Of a stretch of 64,000 nucleotides of DNA, positions 26,101 to 36,787 are shown in pieces. This DNA is from Bilabrum cf. latius. Lineage: Eukaryota. A program made the position numbers and the translations under genes. Location of the stretch: positions 806,001 to 870,000 of the forward strand of contig OZ237746.1 in assembly GCA_965178125.1 (NCBI GenBank), in the 5' to 3' direction. How positions within the stretch are numbered: position 1 is the stretch's first letter; each line of letters begins with the position of its first letter. Under the pieces are notes generated by a model, which worked only from the letters and a program-made list of their open reading frames with translations, was not told the origin of the DNA and searched no databases.

Positions 26101-27773
26101 GGGAGATCCCCGGGGGTGGTTGCAACCCACGCGGTGCCCCCAGTGCGGGGGTTCCGCGGGTCTGCAGCTGTGGCTGAGCCTGGGCCTGACTAACCAGCAT
26201 GGCCCAGCTCCGCCCCAGCAGGGGCATCGGTCCAGGCCAGGGTCTCTCCGGTAGCGGCCGAGGCGACTGTGGTGTTGCTGCTGCTGGTGCTGATGGTGCT
26301 GATGGTGCTGCTGCTGCCACGCTCCTGGTCTATGTTTCGGTCCATGTCTAGCCTCCTTCGCTTGCCGAGGGGTCCTGTGTACGTGCATGCGCCTGATGCT
26401 GGCGAGGAGCTGCCACCGTAGTGCGATGCACCCGTCGCGGCTGCCGCATCCGCCTTCACACGGCCACCGTCTCTAGCCCCCTCGTCCCCCCATTCCCAGT
26501 TCCATTTCCAGGGAACAAGCCCCACGACGTGCCTCCCGCTGGCAGCGGCAAGCTCTACAAGCAATGCACCCAGAGCAGCTTGCAACCGACGGTGAACACA
26601 CCTCCTTGGTTTGGAATCACCTCCACAATGCACGCCCCCCTCCTCCTTGGCATCCTTTCCTGGGCCAATCCTGGACGCTAGCAGGGCCAGGGGATGGCCC
26701 AGTGTGACGAGTACTGGCCCTGCTTGGTTCAATCTGGTCGAGGCATCCATGGAACGCGCCCCACTCGGTGCTGCCTGCTCCAACTCTGGGTCCGGTGCGG
26801 AACTCAGGCTGGTGGTGGTGACAGAATTGGTCGAACTTACCTTGGCATCGCCACCTGGGCGACCAATTGACGCCCGCAAAGAAATCGCAGGTTCTTCTCC
26901 GATGGCATTTTGCAACGACAGCACACCCTTCAACTGGGGCATCCAGAAGCCGGACAGTGAGGCTTCCCTTGGCCAGTACCCCGGCCTTGGCCACACGATC
27001 GAGGGGAGGCCGTAGAGCACCGGCGGGAGTCGATCCTGGGACTAGGACTCACGGGGTTCGCGAGCAGCTGCCTTGGCGAATCGCTGCACGGTCCAACTTG
27101 CGGCTGGTCCCGGCCCCTGCCAGTGCATGGCTCCTGGCTGCTCGCTCATCGCCAGGCTCGGGGCACTTGCTCCGTGCTCGCTCACCGCCAGTCCGAGCAA
27201 CCTGGCGAGGAGGTCGAATCGCCGGCTGCACAGGGCGAATCCCCAGTGATCGAACGAGGCGAGCACGTTATTTGTACTAGCAGTTTCACTTGCGGATTGG
27301 TCGGAGCACGCCTCGAGCATCTGCGCCAGGGCTGCCCTGCTGGTGCACCGACGAGGGGCTTCGCCGTGCGACGCCGGCATCACGTATGGACTTGCCCAGG
27401 CAAACGCAATCTGATTGTCGCTGGCCATGTACGTTTGCACGTATTGCTGTACCAAGAAAGTTTCAAGGGCAAAGAAATTCGCTACGACCAGCAATCTGGT
27501 ACGTCGCCGCAAGAGGCTGGATATCACGCCGAGGACACTGATGCCTATAGCAGCGGACCGGACGCCCCGTTGGGAATTAAGTATGATAGGATCGTCTACA
27601 GGAACATATTCGATTTTTGAATCTACGTACTGACGGATCCAGCCTGCATGGTCCGCAGGAGCCACAAATGTGCAATCACCGCTACGATTGACTAGCTCCT
27701 GCGCAAGACCCAGCAGCGGCTGCACATCGCCCCTGCTACCTAGCCCAACTATAATGACCGTATATGCTTCCAT
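23157..27773 (-). CDS. GT1 (sterol glucosyltransferase-like) glycosyltransferase fused to an FkbM-family methyltransferase (~1538 aa)
   Basis: GT-B motifs: GSRGDVQPLLGLAQEL, PVLYGLPSIVWPRPGYWP...GFW and HGGSGTVAA...GVPQVLAPRMYDQHGWA. FkbM motifs: VLDIGAHVGLFS, AEP and LKVDVEGGELGVL. One frame with 5 TAGs; TGA stop. Confidence 0.8.
24545..24730. repeat. Coding minisatellite encoding (S)nGSNAG linker
   Basis: Repeated gctcccggcattgctcccggagctggag units. Confidence 0.8.
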
Positions 27774-27904
27774 TCAATGGGAACATGCTCACTGTGAGAC
27801 AAAAGAAAGGGTTAATTTTCGCATCCATCTGCGCGAACGTTCCTTGCGCATGAATTGGATCATCTTCGCGACAACCATAATTTAGGCTCGAACGGGTGTA
27901 GAAT

Positions 27905-28468
27905 ATGGCATCGCTGCAAGGTATTGTAAGACGTAGCATGACGCGCGGGTGCCGCCGCGCGTTCGCGTCGGCAGCGGCAGCCAGGCCATTCAGAGTTCTG
28001 GGACTGCAGCAGATTGCGATCGGTGGGCTGAACAAGGGCAGCTTATCGAAGCTATGGGAAGGCGTCTTGGGCGTAGAGAAGGTTGGAAGCTACCAGAGCG
28101 AGAAGGAGAACGTGGACGAAGACATCTTGAAGCTGGGCTCTGGCCCGCACGCGGTCGAGGTTGATCTGATGCAGCCGCTCGACGCGGACAAGAGCCCAAA
28201 GGTGCACGTACCGGCGCTGAACCACGTCGGACTTTGGATCGATGATCTGCCTGCGGCAGTGTCTTGGATGGAATCGAACGGAGTTCGGTTCACCCCGGGC
28301 GGGATCCGCAAGGGCGCCTCCGGGCACGACGTGTGCTTCATCCACCCAAAGGGCAGCGAGGCCAAGGGGGTGCCCGTGGGGGGGGAAGGGGTGCTGATCG
28401 AGCTCGTGCAGGCGCCCAAAGAGGTGATTGAGGCACATGGGGACGGCGAAGGGGAGGGGAGACAGTGA
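27905..28468 (+). CDS. VOC-superfamily protein (glyoxalase / methylmalonyl-CoA epimerase-like) with mitochondrial presequence
   Basis: QQIAIG...EVDLMQP...[11 protein letters not shown]...FIHPK...GVLIELVQ; Arg-rich leader; no internal TAG; TGA stop. Confidence 0.85.
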   Translation: MASLQGIVRRSMTRGCRRAFASAAAARPFRVLGLQQIAIGGLNKGSLSKLWEGVLGVEKVGSYQSEKENVDEDILKLGSGPHAVEVDLMQPLDADKSPKVHVPALNHVGLWIDDLPAAVSWMESNGVRFTPGGIRKGASGHDVCFIHPKGSEAKGVPVGGEGVLIELVQAPKEVIEAHGDGEGEGRQ

Positions 28469-28754
28469 ATGACGAGTGGGGGAAGCACGGGGCCTGCGTG
28501 ACAGTGCGACAGGGCGAGCGCATGTTGGCGACACTCCCGCGTTCACGTCGGATTCAGGTCGTACTGTTTTGCCAAAGAGAGAAAATAAGGAAATCGACGT
28601 CTGGTCCGAACCGAACGGGAACAACCAACCAACCAACCAACCATACCGCGCTCCTCTTCAGCGGTGGCCTCGATCCCAGGAATCGCAGCACTCGCCGCAT
28701 TGGCACGCCATTTTGGCAGCCCTCGCTCGTTCTTTCTTTTTTTGGTCATCCGTA

Positions 28755-29527
28755 TCATCCGCACACTCCGTTGCTGGATTTCTGTGACAGCATCAGAGCC
28801 ACGATGAACCCGTACAGCGCCAGGATCTCGCTGAAGATGTTCACGAGCAGCATGGGCACGAAGAGGTCCTCCTGCTGGCCGATGGCCCGGGTGCCAGCGT
28901 CGCCCACCACGCCGATAGCCAGCCCCGCGGCGAGCCCGCACAGGCCGCACACGAGGCCGCTGGCAAGGTGTGCGTATCCGTCGTAAGATGCGTACGTGTT
29001 GTGGGGGTCCTCGCCGCCGACTGGCGGTGTGACTGCGATGGCAACGCGGGTGCTTCATGATGTTGAGTTCAAGTGCTTTGTATTGTGGGTGTCCCAGGCC
29101 AATCCGACAAGTACGGACGCGACAATGCGCATTCGCTATCAGGACACTGTGGCTCACCTCTTCCGGCCAAAATGGCTGCAACAATGAGTCCATAAATACC
29201 AAGGATACCAGCGAGCACGACAGGAATGATGTTGCGCATAACAATGTCAGGTTTGCTAACCCCCATCGATGCAAGCCCCACGCCTGCCTTTGCAGTTCCG
29301 TATGCCCCTCCCAAGTCTGTTCATAATGAGAAGTAGGGTGATCAGATTAAATAATGTGAATACCAGGCGGGCGAATACAAATTTCCAGGAGAAATAATTA
29401 AGGTTCGTCGACAGTTCCAGGGAGCGTATTCATGTGGCTCACTGGAGAAAATCAGGGCAGACGCCACTCCCATGAAGCCAAAAAAGGATGCAGATGTTGG
29501 GCAGATGCTTTCAAGAGCTGCTGACAT
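28755..29527 (-). CDS. VMA3: V-type H+-ATPase 16-kDa proteolipid subunit c; 3 exons (29443-29527, 29158-29316, 28755-29032), 173 aa
   Basis: The spliced product reads [28 protein letters not shown]...[17 protein letters not shown]...[15 protein letters not shown]...[10 protein letters not shown], with the conserved Glu. The exons sum to 522 nt. Subunit c versus c' paralog is not resolved. Confidence 0.92.
29033..29157 (-). other. Spliceosomal intron 2 of the V-ATPase c gene (125 nt)
   Basis: GTGAGC...GCAG; removal restores the frame into YAHLASGL. Confidence 0.85.
29317..29442 (-). other. Spliceosomal intron 1 of the V-ATPase c gene (126 nt)
   Basis: GTGAGC...ACAG; removal restores the conserved FSNLG sequence. 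Confidence 0.9.
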
Positions 29528-30806
29528 GGTATCTACGTAGCCTGAGCTCGAATATCCTCTAGCTTGGACTTTAATCAGATTTTGCGCACATTTGAAACGT
29601 TCACATTGAATGTGCAATCCGGAGTCGATAGAATCCGAATTGCGGATAGGCCCTAGATTCAGCTTGAGCTCTGTATTATCATAGTACACATGGACTATTA
29701 GTTCATTATCGATGGATTAGGTACAATTTAGGTGCAGGCAGGTGCAACTCAATCTTGGTCAGTACTCAGGTGACCTCGCTGCGCTTGCAGTTGCAGTACG
29801 ATCCAGCTCTCTTTGCACGCTAGAGATAGTGCTATCTTATCTAGAGCCGATGCGGTACGCGTTTCTTACGGATGGTTTGGCTAGAGATAAGTCGGTCGTG
29901 TCTCTGTAGACCCAATAAAGCGAGTTTCAAGCGGATGGCGCTGAGGTATCTGCAAAGTGCAGCAGAGATAATAGCTCCATCTTGCCTCCACATCGATCTC
30001 TTGTCGTATACGGCTGTAGCGCCGCGACCGACTTGACTGCCTATCCTTCCGATGGCGGCATCTGGATGGGGGGATTGTAGCCGCTTACCCCCCCCCCCCA
30101 CCCCCCCCCCCCCAATCCTACCCGGAACCCCTCCGGGCCCCACCGCCCCCTTCCCACATTCCTTCCCTGTCCGTGCCTCCCGCTTCATCCACCTTGTTCG
30201 CCTTTCCTCCATTCCACTCACCCCGCTTTTCCTTCACCTCAATCACGCCACACGACTTGTCGACTCGCCCAAGCGCCGCGCCCAGCGCGCGACCTCACGC
30301 ACAATCCAGCGATGCACGAGTAGAATCGGCAATCATGAATCATGATGGGCGAGAAGGACGAGGGCGGTGGAGGTTGGGGTGATGGTACACCATGAGGGTG
30401 GAGGGTAAGCAAAGGAGGTGATTGAAGGGGTCATCTGGTTGAAACGGGGGATTGAAAGGGGGAGACACAGACTGGGCAGCTTGAGGTGGAAGTGTGTGGG
30501 TGGACAATGATCCGGATTTGGGGCGGACAGCTCTGGATGGGATCAGATCACCCTACCACAAACGGGGGGGGAGTTAGGAGGGGCGACAATCCCCCCACCC
30601 AGATGCCGTCATCGGAAGGATCGGCAGTCACAGAAGTCGGACGCGGTACTACAGCCTTAGGCGACAAGAGAGCGAGGCGGGGCACTCTGAATTTTACTGA
30701 TCTACTAGTGACAAGAAGTGCTGTGTACAGTGTGTGATCTCATTCACTTATTTTTCTAGATACCGGTAGCGTGGATCCTCATCCTTCTGTCCAGATTTTA
30801 GACGCA

Positions 30807-33652
30807 ATGGACTACGCTTCATTGATTCTCGACCAGATAAACAGCGGGTGCAGGCGCTTATGCATCAACTTTGATGCCTTGCCAGGAGATCTTGATGCGC
30901 TCTCGAAAGCGATCGGACGGTCTAGCAGTCTATTATGTCTTGAAGTTACAGGATCAAGCTTGGAGCTGAAACAGTATACTTGTCTTGGTAATGCATTTGT
31001 CAAAAATGCGTCTATCTAGTCTCTCGACATTAAACGGTGCAAGCTGCTAGAAAGGGGTCATTCAGTGCTCGCGGGCAGCCTCGCAAACACGAGAGCTCCT
31101 TTGCGTCATTTTGCGTTCACATGCTGCAAGGCGATGGGATTTTCTGGCCTGGGTGAAGCACTCGCTGTACACAACATAACAGCCGTCGTCCTATAGCGCC
31201 CAGGTTTGCAGTCTTTCGACGGAGAGTACGGTGACAAGGAGGCAAGACGAGACCTTGAAGCTGCCTATGGATCCTTGTCATTGCTGAAGGCAAGGCTCCT
31301 CCCGGGAACGCCACTCCTAGCAACTGGGAGCAGTTATTTGATCGGATCTCTTGCTAGCAGCACATCCGCGACGGAGCTGAGCATCGACTGCCATGATGCG
31401 CGAGCCTTGAAGGGAACCATGTATTGCGCGGACTCAGCTTGTGCAATTTGTCAGACCAAAGCACATTGATGCGAGTAGTTAGAGCATTACCGAAGAATGG
31501 TGCTTTGGAAGAGCTGAGCATCAGCGCGCCTACTATTGTTGGCGCTACAAGGGAGGCACTGGGGCACGCCCTTGCGATCAACTCCACGCTCCGCAAGCTG
31601 AAGCTGGACTTGATACATGGCAGCACGGCTAACATGGTGCCTCTTGCTCGCGGCATTCGGGAAGGAGCAACAAAGGGGGTGCTACGACTCGAGAGTCTGC
31701 ACATTGGCGCGAGCAAGCCCGACTAGACTGCACTGAGTTGGCCAGGCAGCGATGAAATGGATGACTTTCGTAGCTTGGTTAATGAGCCTTGGCCCGACTC
31801 AGACGACTCAGATGACTCGGATGACTCGGATGATTCCATTAGGGGTTAGGGTCTGGCCTCACTGATTTTGAGAGATTCAGAGAGGCCTAACTCGAATGAC
31901 GAATTTGCGACATTGCTCGGGGGAGCACTGGCTTCGCCAAAAGGATGCTCTCTCAAGAAGCTCGAGCTGCGTCACTGCCAAATGTCTCGTGTTGGCATTA
32001 ACAGCTTGCTGCAGTGCCACAGCTCTGTTAGCAGTGGTCTCCGGGAGCTGATCTTGGCAGACTGCAGCGTGAGCTCAAGAGGTGTCAGCTCGATTGCAGC
32101 TTAGCTGTCGCGGCCCTCGTGCCCGGTGCAAAATCTTGTTCTGAAGGGCTGCAAAATTAAGAATGATGGTGCTGAGGCTCTGGGTAGTGCGCTGGCAGTC
32201 AACAGCACTCTCAAAATGCTAGACCTATGCATGGCAGAATTTGGAAGCGAGGGCGGGCATGCAATCGCAGTTGGGCTGCAATTGAACAGCACGCTGCAGG
32301 AGCTGGATCTGAGCTACACAAGGCGGGGTCTGGGCGGATCTACACCGATTGCACTGGGTACGGCACTAGGCGAGAACCCTGGCATTGCTCTTCGTCGATT
32401 GGATATTGCAACAAGTGGCTTGCAGTCTGCGGGTGTTGCGCCACTGGCTGCCGGCCTTGCTGGTAACACCACTCTGCGCGACCTCACAATAAGCGCAGAG
32501 CTGACTTACAGTTTAGATGATGCAAGTCGTGTTCTATTTGAGGCTGCCACGCTCCATCCAGCTCTGCATTCGATGACAGTACGGGGCAAGCTCGTGTCCG
32601 ACGCCTCTGTCCCCTTTGTCGCAAGGCTGCTTACCGAGTCTGCGTCCTTGCGTCGGCTATTGCTATTCAATTCAGAATTCGAACGAACTGCTGCACGGGA
32701 TCTATTGCCTGCGCTTGCATCGAGCAGGCCGTTTGTATCAATTTTTGTTGGCACCGACAGGCCCGACTGGAGTGAAGTCGTGGTGGAGGACAAGCGCGCT
32801 CCAGTCATCCGGCCCGGGTAGCTGGGTTATATGATGATTGGTGTACGCCCAAGCAAGTATGCCAGGTTGCTAAAGCCAACGCCTGACCCACATCAACATA
32901 TTATCGTCAGGAAATGGATGGACCAGCAGTTTGACACGGGAAACGAGCATACAAGCGACTCTGGGCCAAGCACGGCCGCATCTATACCTCCGTCTGCTCC
33001 TAGCCCCCGAGTGCTCGCTGGCCGCGCCGTGGCCGCCATGCACCTAGCCGCTGAGGGCGGGGCCGTGGACCTGGCGCAAGTGGCTGCATTCGTGGCCAGC
33101 TGCATGGACACCATCCAGGGGTCCATGGTCAGGCCCGTGGGGGAAGGCGGCAGGGACCCGGGCACGATGGCGATGGTGTCTCTAGTGCTGGGCATGGGAG
33201 ACGCGTGTAAGGCCGAGTATGATGAGGTGGAGAGGGACCGGGATGGGGTGCCATTGGTGCGTCGATTGCCTGGGCTGCGTGCTGTGTTGCGAAATGGCTG
33301 GTGCTTTGATCGCGTGAAGCGCGTGCAGCGATGGGCTGATGAAATTGGTTACTCTGGTCTAGCTGGTCTGTGCAGGGAGATGCTGGCGGGTGAAGAGACT
33401 GATCGACGAATTCAGGTAATACAATGGCAACGGGCGGTGGAGGCCTAGAGGGACGCCGGCAGGGTGTTCCGAGCAGCGAGCGAGGGCAGGCCATTGGAGC
33501 TGGGGAAGCGGCTGAGGCTGGGTCGGTTGGCAGGTGGGCTGGAGATGCAGGGTGAGGTGGAGGGTGGGGCGATGATGGGTCCATTGGAGGCGGCTCGACT
33601 GGGTGATCATGATGAGTGCGTGAGGGTGCTGGAGGAGGCCATGGGCACGTGA
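30807..33652 (+). pseudogene. RNI-like LRR protein, copy 1, with a frameshift near 31400 (pseudogene or assembly error)
   Basis: Collinear with copy 2 when TAG is read as Gln. The frame changes at ~31397-31406, where ~10 residues present in copy 2 are missing. The first frame then hits TGA 31467, while the LRR pattern continues in the other frame to TGA 33650-33652. Confidence 0.65.
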
Positions 33653-33888
33653 TAGGCAGGAGGTACTTGCCTATTAGACCTGCAGTGCGAGCCATCCACC
33701 GTGGGCGTGCCTTACCAGTTACTACGCGTGCATTTGGTTTAATTCCTCCGCAGTTAGATATGGTAGCGCTTTGGGAGCCCAAGCCCAACCAGTCCGATTT
33801 GGGTGGATTGGCATGGATTCGGAGCCGCCAGCACATCGGTGGATTTTTGCATTTCAGCTGTTGAACTAGATCTAGCACTGTTGATACA

Positions 33889-36609
33889 ATGGAGTACTCG
33901 GCATTGATTATTGACCAGATACACTAGAAATGCAGACACCTTCGAATCAACTTCGATGCGTTCATGGGAGACCTCTCCGCGCTTGCAAGTGCCATCGGCA
34001 GTTCAACTTCCGTTTGCAAACTTTAGGTTTTTGAATCTACCCTGGGACCAGACTAGTACGCATGCATTGCTGACGCATTCGCTAAGAGTAAATCCATCAG
34101 GTCTTTTGAGTTTCGAAATTGCAAAGCACAAGCGGATGGCAGCGAAGGGCTCGCGAAGAGCATTTCGGAATCGAGTGCTCCCTTGCGCAAATTCGTGTTT
34201 CGCGCCAGCGATGACTCCGCAGAAGCCGCTGAATTGATATCAGCTGCAGCACTGTAGCTTCGTGGGCTGCAAGTGGTCGATCTTCGGCACAGTCATGCCA
34301 AAGCGAGTGTGCATCGAACAGATGAGGCCGCCAGCCGGTCGACCTCGTTGCGCAAGCTTACATTGCTACCGAGTGAGTTTAGCTTGAGGGGAACAGTACA
34401 CACCGATCAGCTCCTGGCATCACTAGCAAGCAATTCGTCGCTGACGGAGCTGGATACAAGCTGCTCCGGGGACCCACCGACCGCAGCCGAAGCAGCTGCT
34501 CTCGAGGCGAGCCTTGCTTCGAATAGCACGCTGCGGGTGCTCAGATTGGGCAGGGTCAGCGGCAATGGTGTATTTGATGCAATCGGACGCGGATTGCAAA
34601 CGAATACTGCGCTTGAGGAACTGAGTCTGTCTGACGCTACCATGCTGCAGAAGGACATGGGCGCGCTGGGCGATGCTTTAGCGACCAACGGGACCCTGCG
34701 CAATCTGGCAACGATAGGATACCCATGGACTCGATGCACAGTTCTGAATCTGGACCATGGCATTCGGAAGGGTGTGCGCAATGGATCGCTGCGGCTGGAG
34801 GAGTTGGACCTGTGGTGGAACTCCCCTGGCAAGGAGCTTGTCTCGGTACTTGGTGATGCACTTGCCTCGCCCAAAGGGTGCTCGCTCCGGAGGCTTGGGT
34901 TCAACTCCGAACTCACGACACATGCGGGTATAGAACAAATTTTGCGTCCTCGTTTGTTTAAGGGAAGCGGGCTGCACTAGCTATCTCTCTACGGTACAAA
35001 GGTGGGCGGGGATAGACTTGCAGCATCGATTGCGGAGCACCTGTTGGCGCCTTGCTGCGTCATGAAGAAGCTGGAGCTGAGTGAATGCAGTATCGAAGAT
35101 GAAGGTGCAGTATGTTTGGGCGAGGCACTTGCTTCCAACAGCACGCTCAAAGTACTGGATCTTGGGAATAATCCGATTGGTGGAGATGGCGGGCATGCAA
35201 TCGGGACCGGGCTCATGTCCAACAGCACGCTGGAGGAACTGAATCTGACAAGGACTCAGGGGGCCCTTGCTGGCAATGGGGGCACTGCCATTGGCAAGGC
35301 TCTCGGAGAGAACAAGTGCATTGCACTGCGGTATCTGAGAGCCACCTTTGCTGGGCTGGAAGCCGAAGGGTTGTCAGCAGTCGCGTCTGGCCTGGCAGGC
35401 AACACCTCCTTGCGTAAATTGGCCCTGACAGTACCCATTCTCGTTGATCCGGATGTGTCAGTGATGGACACATTCTTCAAAGCAGTTGCGGTCCATCCGA
35501 CTTTGCAGGGCTTGTCACTAAGGGGCCAACTCAACCATGCCGGCTCCGTAGGGGACCATGCTGGCTCCGTAGGGGCGGTAGGCAAGGTTCTAGCGGAGTC
35601 CGCTTCACTACGGTCTCTTGACATGGACGGCAGCTGCTTCTCAGAGCCACTGTTGAAAGCCTTGCAGCCCGCACTTGCATCGTGCATGACCTGCGAACGG
35701 CTGAAGTTGGGCAGCATCGTGGACGGTGATGCTGCCACGTCAAGGACACTGAATGATGCAGCCATGCAGTCTGGATCGCTGTCCGATCTGCACTGCATGC
35801 TAGGCATCCTGGATTGCGCCAAGCACGCCGCAAAGGATCAAGCGCTTGGTGCGCACAGGCATACTGTCGTACGAGAGTGGATGCATCGGCAGCTCGATCA
35901 ACCGGGCTCGCTTTGCGATAGTGGTGTAGATGCCTCTGCCACAGCACCTCCCGCAGCTCCCAGCCCCCGAGTGCTCGCTGGCCGTGCCGTGGCCGCCATG
36001 CACCTAGCCGCTGAGGGCGGGGCCGTGGACCTGGCGCAAGTGGCTGCATTCGTGGCCAGCTGCATGGACACCATACGGGGGTCCATGGTCAGGCCCGTGG
36101 GGGAAGGCGGCAGGGACCCGGGCACGATGGCGATGGTGTCTCTGGTGCTGGGCATGGGAGACGCGTGTAAGGCCGAGTATGATGAGGTGGAGAGGGACCG
36201 GGATGGGGTGCCTGTGATAAACGAGTTGCCTGGTCTGCGAGATGCGTTACGGCAAGGTGATTGCTTTAACCGTGTGAGGGGCGTTCAGCAGTGGGCCGTG
36301 GAGATAGACTATCCTGGGCTGGCGGCGCTGTGCGGGGAGGCGCTTGCGCTGGAGGAGACTGATCGAAAGAGTCATGTGCTTCGATGGCGCAGGGGAGTGG
36401 ATGCCATGAGGGACGCGGGCAGGGTGTTCCGAGCGGCTCGGGACGGTAGGCCGTTGGAGCTCGGGAAGCGGTTGAGGCTGGGTCGGTTGGCGGGTGGGCT
36501 GGAGATGAAGGGCGCGATGGAGGGTGGGACGATGGTGGGTCCATTGGAAGCGGCTCGTTTGGGCGGTCATGATGAGTGCGTGAAGGTGCTGGAGGAGGCC
36601 ATGGGGTGA
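33889..36609 (+). CDS. RNI-like (NLRC3/RanGAP-type) LRR protein, copy 2, with ankyrin-like C-terminus (~906 aa)
   Basis: ALASNSTLKVLDLGNNPIGGDGG-type repeats; 5 TAGs in one frame from ATG 33889; ends GPLEAARLGGHDECVKVLEEAMG then TGA. Confidence 0.85.
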
Positions 36610-36787
36610 TTTGATGCACAATGTTTTGTAGCTAAGCAAAATAACTCTCATCACATCAGAACCAGCTGCGTGCTCCATTAAGGATTGGTCGTGGAGTCAC
36701 GACTCACCAGTCACGACTCATGAGTCACGAGTCACGACACGAAGGCATCACCAAAAAGGTACACCCGTCACGGATGCCTCCCAGTGC

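Noticed and set aside
30087-30113. Poly-C tracts (G-quadruplex potential on the minus strand) in intergenic DNA
   Set aside because: Homopolymer with no supporting context and prone to sequencing error.
31839-31852. TTAGGGGTTAGGG telomere-like sequence
   Set aside because: Only two imperfect units inside a coding frame; compatible with chance.
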